DNA of 64,000 bases from an uncultured Gemmatimonadaceae bacterium (lineage in GTDB: Bacteria; Gemmatimonadota; Gemmatimonadetes; Gemmatimonadales; Gemmatimonadaceae): positions 160,001 through 224,000 of the forward strand of contig CAWAGQ010000008.1 of assembly GCA_963781585.1 (NCBI GenBank). The letters run 5' to 3'. The translations under genes and the position numbers were made by a program. The notes under the pieces were generated by a model. It ran no database searches, had not been told where the DNA came from, and saw only the letters and a program-made list of their open reading frames with translations. Of this stretch, positions 58,543-64,000 are shown in pieces (the stretch's first letter is position 1; each line of letters begins with the position of its first letter).

Positions 58543-58837
58543 GTAGTGATGAATACCCTTGCTGAAACCCACGGGTGGAAGCGCCCGGGGCGCCCTTCGC
58601 TCCATCACACCGGATCGCGGTGAGGGTGGGCGCGCGTTCCGTGGCCAGCGGCGACGCGCGACGTCGTAGCTACGGAATGATCACCCCCTCCGCGAAGCCT
58701 AACGTGAGCAAGTGTTGCAACTCGGCACGGGACGCCACGTGCCGTGGAGAAGGGCGCGTGCCCGCCTGCACCTGGACCGGCGTTCGCTATCCACCGCGAT
58801 GACCGGGGTTCCCGGTCGACGCCCGCCCGCCAGCGCG

Positions 58838-59251
58838 TCAGGGGCGCAGCACGAATGACCGGACATGCTTCGGACGCACAGTGCCAAAGTGCCGTCGATC
58901 GGTCGTGAGCAGTTCGCGCGCCTCCAGCCGTTCGGCAGTGGCCACGACCACGGCATCGACGAATCCGATGGGGAAATCCGCGTATTGACGCATGACGTCG
59001 GCCGCGCGAATCACATCGTCCATCTCCAGATCCTCGAGCACGAATTCGCCCTCGGCCGCGGCTCGCACGAAGGCCTCCTCCGCCATGGGACCGATGCGCG
59101 TCTCCAGGAGATAGGCGACCTCCGGCAGGACGACGACAGGTACCACAACCGAAGCCCCGTGATCCGCCCACCAATTCAGCGTCCGCTCGTGCCACGCGTC
59201 GCTCCTGTCGGCGAGCGCGTAGAGGGCGCCCGAGTCCGCGATGATGGTCAC
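58838..59251 (-). CDS. vapC: PIN-domain toxin (VapC family)
   Basis: IIADSGALYA, VLPEVAYL, IGFVDA, LLTTDRRHF acidic PIN residues. Confidence 0.92.
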   Translation of the reverse strand: MTIIADSGALYALADRSDAWHERTLNWWADHGASVVVPVVVLPEVAYLLETRIGPMAEEAFVRAAAEGEFVLEDLEMDDVIRAADVMRQYADFPIGFVDAVVVATAERLEARELLTTDRRHFGTVRPKHVRSFVLRP

Positions 59252-59257
59252 CGCCTG

Positions 59258-59488
59258 CTACGCGTGCGGATCCCGCCAGAGGAGTTCGTCGACGCGTGCC
59301 GATGTATCGTGCTCGCCGCTCGCGAAACGCCCGGCTATCGACGGCAGCGTGCCGGAGCCGCCGGGCCGCGCCACGTACTGGGCGAGCGCCTCGCGCACGA
59401 GGTGCGCAAAGCTCGTCCCGCGTCGTGCGGCCAGACGCTGCAGGCGGCGCCGAAGTTTGTCGTCAAGGAAGATGGTCGTGCGCTTCAT
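59258..59488 (-). CDS. Ribbon-helix-helix (CopG-like) antitoxin, VapB-type
   Basis: MKRTTIFLDDKLRRRLQRLAARRGTSFAHLVREAL, directly upstream of the PIN gene. Confidence 0.9.
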   Translation of the reverse strand: MKRTTIFLDDKLRRRLQRLAARRGTSFAHLVREALAQYVARPGGSGTLPSIAGRFASGEHDTSARVDELLWRDPHA

Positions 59489-59523
59489 GACATATATATT
59501 ACATACGGTGTATGCTACGTCAA
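59489..59523 (-). promoter_or_regulatory. Sigma70-type promoter with operator palindrome for the toxin-antitoxin operon
   Basis: TTGACG-16 nt-TAATAT-7 nt-ATG; CATAC-N3-GTATG palindrome (59502-59514) in the spacer. Confidence 0.7.
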
Positions 59524-59678
59524 CCCACCTCCATGGGCGAGGATGAGCAACACCTCGGAGCGCTTCATGACTGGCCAGGCGCTCCTGACTCACGCGCGCT
59601 CCTCGTGCTGCACACCAGAGGTCGGAGACCGATGACCAGCGGCCCGCCGCCGGCAATACCCGCGAGCGGGCGACCCGC

Positions 59679-61127
59679 TCAGCTGATCGGCTTCCTCTCG
59701 CCCGTCACGCTCCGCACCAGCCGGTACATGAACTCCAGGCTCTCGTAGAACGCGCGCACCGGGATCCGCTCGTTCATGCCGTGCGCGTTCGTCTCCCCAT
59801 AGAACTGGCCGGCCACTCCATACGTCGCGATCCCGCCCAGCCGGAGCGATACCCCGTCCGTCGCCCCCGTGCTCATCGTCGGAATCACCGGCACACCGGG
59901 CCACATCTCGTTCGTGATCCGCTCGATCTGCGCCATCAGCTCGGGCGTGAGCGGCGACGGCGGCGAGTTGCGCGCCGACCCCCGCGCCACCACGTGCACA
60001 CCGGTGTCCCCCACCACCTTCTCGAGCACACCCTTCACGTACTCCGGCGTCTCGTCAGGCAGGATGCGGCAGTTGACCGTGGCCCGCGCCCGCTGCGGCA
60101 GCGCGTTGCTCGCGTGGCCGCCTTCCAGCAGCGTCGCCACGCAGGTCGTGCGCAGCTGCGAATTGTACCGCGGATCCTCCGACAGCACCGCCGCCGCCTT
60201 GGCGTCGTTCGGATTGGCCACGATCGCTGTCATCGCCGCGGCCTGGTCCGGCGCCTCGGACTTGAGCGTGGGCGCCAGCCGGGTGAAGTACGCGCGCGTG
60301 ACGTCGTTCAGGTGCACCGGAAAGATCGACGGCGTGACCCTCACCAGCGCCGCTGCCAGCTCGGTGATCGCGTTGTCGGGCCGCGGCACCGAGCTGTGCC
60401 CGCCCGGGTTGAACGACTCCAGATAGAACGTCTGCACCTTCTTCTCGCTCGCCTGCACATCGTGCGACACCTTGACCGTATCGCGCAGCCGCCCTCCCCC
60501 ACCTTCGTTGAACGCGAACTCGGCGTCGATCAGATCGCGATGCTCGCGCATCAGCCACCCCGCGCCGTTCGCCCCACCACCCTCCTCGTCCGTGGTCGCC
60601 GCCATGACGATGTCACGGTCCGGCGAATACCCCTCGGCCCTGAGCCGCAAGAGAATCGTGAGATCGATCGCAGCGTCATCCTTGTTGTCCGACACACCGC
60701 GCCCGTAGAACGTCCCGTCCTTCTCGATGAACTGGAACGGCGGAAGCGTCCAGTCGGCGGGCTTTGCTTCCACCACATCGATGTGTGAGAGAAGCAGGAT
60801 CGGCTTCTTCCCCGTCTTTCTGCCGTGCAGCCGCGCCACGATGTTCCCCTTGCGCGGCGCGTTCGATAACACGACCACGTCGGAATCGGGGAATCCCGCC
60901 GCCTTGAGCCGGGCCGCCATCGCCTCCGCTACCTTCAGCGTCGAGCCGTCGCTGTCCTCGGAATTGATCTCGATCAGTTCCTGAAAGACATCGCGCGCAA
61001 CGGAGTCCCAGTGGGCGGTCGTGCTCACCTGAGCGCGCACGCGCACAGGAGTGGCGGCGATGCACATCGCGGTGACCACCGCGGCCAGGCGCGCGAAGAA
61101 TGGCGGACAGAGCATCGAGGAACGCAT
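59679..61127 (-). CDS. M20/M25/M40 family metallopeptidase, secreted
   Basis: LLSHIDVV, YGRGVSDNK, TDEEGG, FNEGGG, GGHSSVP, GATDG, AHGMNER. Confidence 0.92.
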   Translation of the reverse strand: MRSSMLCPPFFARLAAVVTAMCIAATPVRVRAQVSTTAHWDSVARDVFQELIEINSEDSDGSTLKVAEAMAARLKAAGFPDSDVVVLSNAPRKGNIVARLHGRKTGKKPILLLSHIDVVEAKPADWTLPPFQFIEKDGTFYGRGVSDNKDDAAIDLTILLRLRAEGYSPDRDIVMAATTDEEGGGANGAGWLMREHRDLIDAEFAFNEGGGGRLRDTVKVSHDVQASEKKVQTFYLESFNPGGHSSVPRPDNAITELAAALVRVTPSIFPVHLNDVTRAYFTRLAPTLKSEAPDQAAAMTAIVANPNDAKAAAVLSEDPRYNSQLRTTCVATLLEGGHASNALPQRARATVNCRILPDETPEYVKGVLEKVVGDTGVHVVARGSARNSPPSPLTPELMAQIERITNEMWPGVPVIPTMSTGATDGVSLRLGGIATYGVAGQFYGETNAHGMNERIPVRAFYESLEFMYRLVRSVTGERKPIS

Positions 61128-61335
61128 CGGTGTGTTCAGCAGGGGTTTGGGTGGATGGCAGGATCGTGCGCCGCCGCCCGCACGGTGTCAACGGGCCCCG
61201 TCGCTGGTAGGGTTCTGGCCTTGACCTCTGGCCTCCGACCGCTGGCCTCTGCCTTCCTGCCTCTGGCGCGCAGCCCGGCAAGCACGTTGACTAGAGCCAG
61301 CCGAACGTCTCTACACACTCCCGACGCCGCTTCCC

Positions 61336-62265
61336 ATGGATCCCAATTCGGGCAATTCCCTCGCCAAGGTCCTCCTCCTCGTCGCGCTGGGAGGGTTCAC
61401 CCTCTACTACGTGGTGATCTTCGTCCGGGCGATCGCCAAGAAGCGGCACGAAGCGGCCGGCGAGAGCAGCACCCCGACTCCCATCGGGCTCGGAACAGGA
61501 TTCATCACCAATTTCTTCGATACGCTCGGGATCGGCTCCTATGCCCCTACCACCTCCATCTTCCGCTTTCTCAAGATGGTGCCTGACGAGTGGATCCCCG
61601 GTACGCTCACCATCGGTCACACCCTTCCAACGATCGCCGAAGCCTACATCTTCACCCGGATCGTTCCCGTGGATCCCACCACGCTGGTGGCCATGATCGG
61701 TGCCTCGATTCTGGGCGCCTGGCTCGGGGCCGGCGTGGTCTCGAAATGGCCGCGGCGGATGGTCCAGCTCGGAATGGGCTTCTGCCTGCTGGCCGCCGCC
61801 GGCCTGATGGCGGCCTATGCACTTCGTGGCCAGCCCGTGGGAGGACAGGCAATCGGGGTCACCGGAGTTTTGCTTGGCGTCGCAATCGCCGGCAATTTCG
61901 TCCTCGGCGCCCTGATGACAATCGGCATCGGGCTGTACGCGCCATGCATGATCCTCATCAGTCTGGTTGGCATGAACGTGAAGGCCGCCTTCCCGATCAT
62001 GATGTGCTCGTGCGCATTCCTGATGCCTGTCGCCAGCGCGCGCTTTGCCCGCACCGGCGCCTTCCACCTCAAGACCGCGCTTGGCCTGGCAATCGGTGGG
62101 GTGCCAGCGGTCCTGATCGCTGCACTCATCGTGAAGTCGCTTCCCCTCACCGCGGTGCAGTGGCTGGTTGTCGTCGTCGTGCTGTACACGGCGTGGTCGC
62201 TGCTGCGGGCGGCACAGCGCGAACGCGCCTCGGTCTCCGCCCCAGCGACCGAGACCGTCACATGA
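61336..62265 (+). CDS. Sulfite exporter TauE/SafE family membrane protein
   Basis: GFITNFFDTLGIGSYA and GALMTIGIGLYAPCM internal repeat; multi-pass. Confidence 0.82.
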   Translation: MDPNSGNSLAKVLLLVALGGFTLYYVVIFVRAIAKKRHEAAGESSTPTPIGLGTGFITNFFDTLGIGSYAPTTSIFRFLKMVPDEWIPGTLTIGHTLPTIAEAYIFTRIVPVDPTTLVAMIGASILGAWLGAGVVSKWPRRMVQLGMGFCLLAAAGLMAAYALRGQPVGGQAIGVTGVLLGVAIAGNFVLGALMTIGIGLYAPCMILISLVGMNVKAAFPIMMCSCAFLMPVASARFARTGAFHLKTALGLAIGGVPAVLIAALIVKSLPLTAVQWLVVVVVLYTAWSLLRAAQRERASVSAPATETVT

Positions 62266-62456
62266 TTCACTGCGTCGCGGGTCGCCGATTACCAGCCGCG
62301 GCTGCCACGCTGCTGGCGGGCACATCCGCAGTGTTGCGGTTCGGCCACACGGTTGGTGCGAAACGCCATCCGCAATGAGGTTGTTGACGAACACGCCAGC
62401 CAGAGGTAAGTAGGTATGCTCTTCGACTTGACCACCCGTACATAAGGAGCTGCACC

Positions 62457-62918
62457 ATGCGCCTTTTCGCTCTCCTCGCTTCCGCCGCGCTGCTCGTAGC
62501 CTGCGCGAAGTCGGAGCAGCAGCCCGCCGCCGATTCCGGCATGGCCGCCGCCATGATGCCGGCATCGATTTCAGTCGCTGACGTCGCCGGTACCTGGGAC
62601 GTGAAGGGACTCAATGAAGCGGGCGACAGCACGCTCGCGACCTACGTCCTGACCGCCACCGCTGACACCACGTCGTGGATGGCGAAATTCCCCGATCGTG
62701 ACGCGATACCGGTGAAGATCATGTCGGTGAGCGGGGACAGCATCGTCACCCAGATGGGACCCTACGAGAGCGTGCTTCGCAAAGGCGTGATGGTCACCAC
62801 GAACGCCGTGATGCGGCTGCAGGACGGGAAGCTCGTCGGCAACTTCGACGCGCACTACACGACGACCGGCCCCGACTCCGTGCTGCACGGGAAAGTCGAC
62901 GCGACAAAGCAGCCCTGA
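62457..62918 (+). CDS. Hypothetical lipoprotein
   Basis: TAAGGAG RBS; lipobox LLVAC; VAGTW beta-rich body. Confidence 0.8.
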   Translation: MRLFALLASAALLVACAKSEQQPAADSGMAAAMMPASISVADVAGTWDVKGLNEAGDSTLATYVLTATADTTSWMAKFPDRDAIPVKIMSVSGDSIVTQMGPYESVLRKGVMVTTNAVMRLQDGKLVGNFDAHYTTTGPDSVLHGKVDATKQP

Positions 62919-62960
62919 CGAGCCATGGTTACCGGTGCCCGCGTCGAATGCCGGGCGTGA

Positions 62961-63004
62961 CAACGCAAACGGGGAGCGAGGCAACTCGCTCCCCGTTTGC
63001 GTTG
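62961..63004 (+). terminator. Perfect 20-bp stem hairpin with GCAA tetraloop
   Basis: caacgcaaacggggagcgag-gcaa-ctcgctccccgtttgcgttg. Confidence 0.75.
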
Positions 63005-63084
63005 CCCTTCAGTCCCCAGCGCCTGTGGCCTGTGGCCTTCCCCCCTATAGCTTGTCATGGGGTACCCACGCCTGTTGCACAGCC

Positions 63085-64000
63085 ATGCCGACCATCCCGT
63101 CGACCCGTCCCCGTCCCCGCCATGGCCGCGTCATCGCGGCCATCGCCGTCTGCATCACCGCTGCCTGCGCCGGCAAGGCAAACGACCGCGCCGGAGCCGT
63201 CTCCGACTACCGCGGCGTCGTCCTGAGCGCCCCGCTCAGCAAGCCGTCCTTCACGCTCACCGACTTCGACGGCCATCCGTACGACTTCGTGCGGGCAACC
63301 CAGGGCAAGGTGGCGCTGTTGTTCTTCGGCTACACGCATTGCCCGGACGTCTGCCCGCTGCACATGGCGAACATCGCGGCCGTGATGAAGCAGATGTCAT
63401 GGGAGGAACGCGGAGTCATTCAGGTGGTCTTCGTCACCACCGATCCCGATCGCGACACGCCGCAGCGGCTCAAGGAGTGGCTGGGGAACTTCGATCCGTC
63501 CTTCGTGGGGCTCACCGGCACGAAGGACGAGCTGAGAAAGGTGCAGCTGATGCTTGGCGTTGCCCCCGCCCAGCGTGAGGACGCCCCGGGCGACAGCGCA
63601 GGCTACTTCGTGGGACACGCGGCCCAGGTGTTCGCCTTCGCCCGCGATGGATACGGCTACCTCGAGTATCCCTTCGGCATCCGTCAGGAAGACTGGGCGA
63701 ACGATCTCCCGAAGCTGGCGCGCGACTCGACCGGCGCGACCATTCGCCGGGAGCTGGCGGCGGTCGCGCGCGCGAACAGCGTCGCCGTGGCTCCCCCTCC
63801 AGGTGCGGCCCCTGAAGTGAAAATGGGCGGCATGATCGTGACCCTTGCGGTGATTCCCGAACCCGCGGCGCAGAGTGAAGCGGCGCTCTACCTCACGATC
63901 AGGAATGACACGCCTCAGGAAGACACGCTCGTCGCTGTGGCCACCGAGGTCGCCATGCGCGCCGAATTGCACGAGACGATGCAGACCGGTTCGATGGAGA
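63085..64000 (+). CDS. SCO1/SenC copper chaperone fused to a PCuAC-like domain; runs off the window edge
   Basis: Manual translation: lipobox ITAAC, FFGYTHCPDVCP, VTTDPDRDTP, YFVGH; then with no stop AALYLTIRN...DTLVAV...AELHETM. Confidence 0.85.
   Translation, partial: MPTIPSTRPRPRHGRVIAAIAVCITAACAGKANDRAGAVSDYRGVVLSAPLSKPSFTLTDFDGHPYDFVRATQGKVALLFFGYTHCPDVCPLHMANIAAVMKQMSWEERGVIQVVFVTTDPDRDTPQRLKEWLGNFDPSFVGLTGTKDELRKVQLMLGVAPAQREDAPGDSAGYFVGHAAQVFAFARDGYGYLEYPFGIRQEDWANDLPKLARDSTGATIRRELAAVARANSVAVAPPPGAAPEVKMGGMIVTLAVIPEPAAQSEAALYLTIRNDTPQEDTLVAVATEVAMRAELHETMQTGSME

Noticed and set aside
1..64000. tRNA, rRNA, IS elements, integrases, prophage genes
   Set aside because: None recognised by eye; a covariance-model scan would be needed to exclude small RNAs.

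Overview
A very GC-rich (about 68-70% by eye), gene-dense bacterial chromosomal segment with about 45 coding regions. The gene style (secreted BNR/sortilin beta-propeller hydrolases, Ig-like/RCC1 lipoproteins, beta-propeller/Y_Y_Y sensor kinase) suggests Gemmatimonadota or a similar lineage; this is inference only. Contents: cation/H+ antiporters (partial CPA2, NhaA); many secreted hydrolases (two BNR proteins, a coupled amidohydrolase triad, amidase, beta-lactamase-family hydrolase, S9 and M20 peptidases, YtcJ-like amidohydrolase); a four-gene glycosylation operon behind an 18-copy heptamer repeat; two HtrA-like proteases with a pseudo-receiver LuxR regulator; a sensor kinase/NarL pair; a TM0106-type nuclease-helicase split in two at a (CGAG)3 tract; a membrane patatin-like protein; pilin; Smr; iorAB; a VapBC toxin-antitoxin pair; TauE; and a partial SCO-PCuAC fusion. 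I found no rRNA, tRNA, CRISPR array, transposase or integrase. The most unusual signals are a dispersed, non-palindromic heptamer CCTAACG (26 copies counted by eye, on both strands, mostly inside genes), the intergenic heptamer tandem repeats, the split nuclease-helicase, the enzyme/pseudo-enzyme amidohydrolase triad, and recurring RGG/Gly tracts in exported hydrolases. All product calls come from motif recognition, not database searches.
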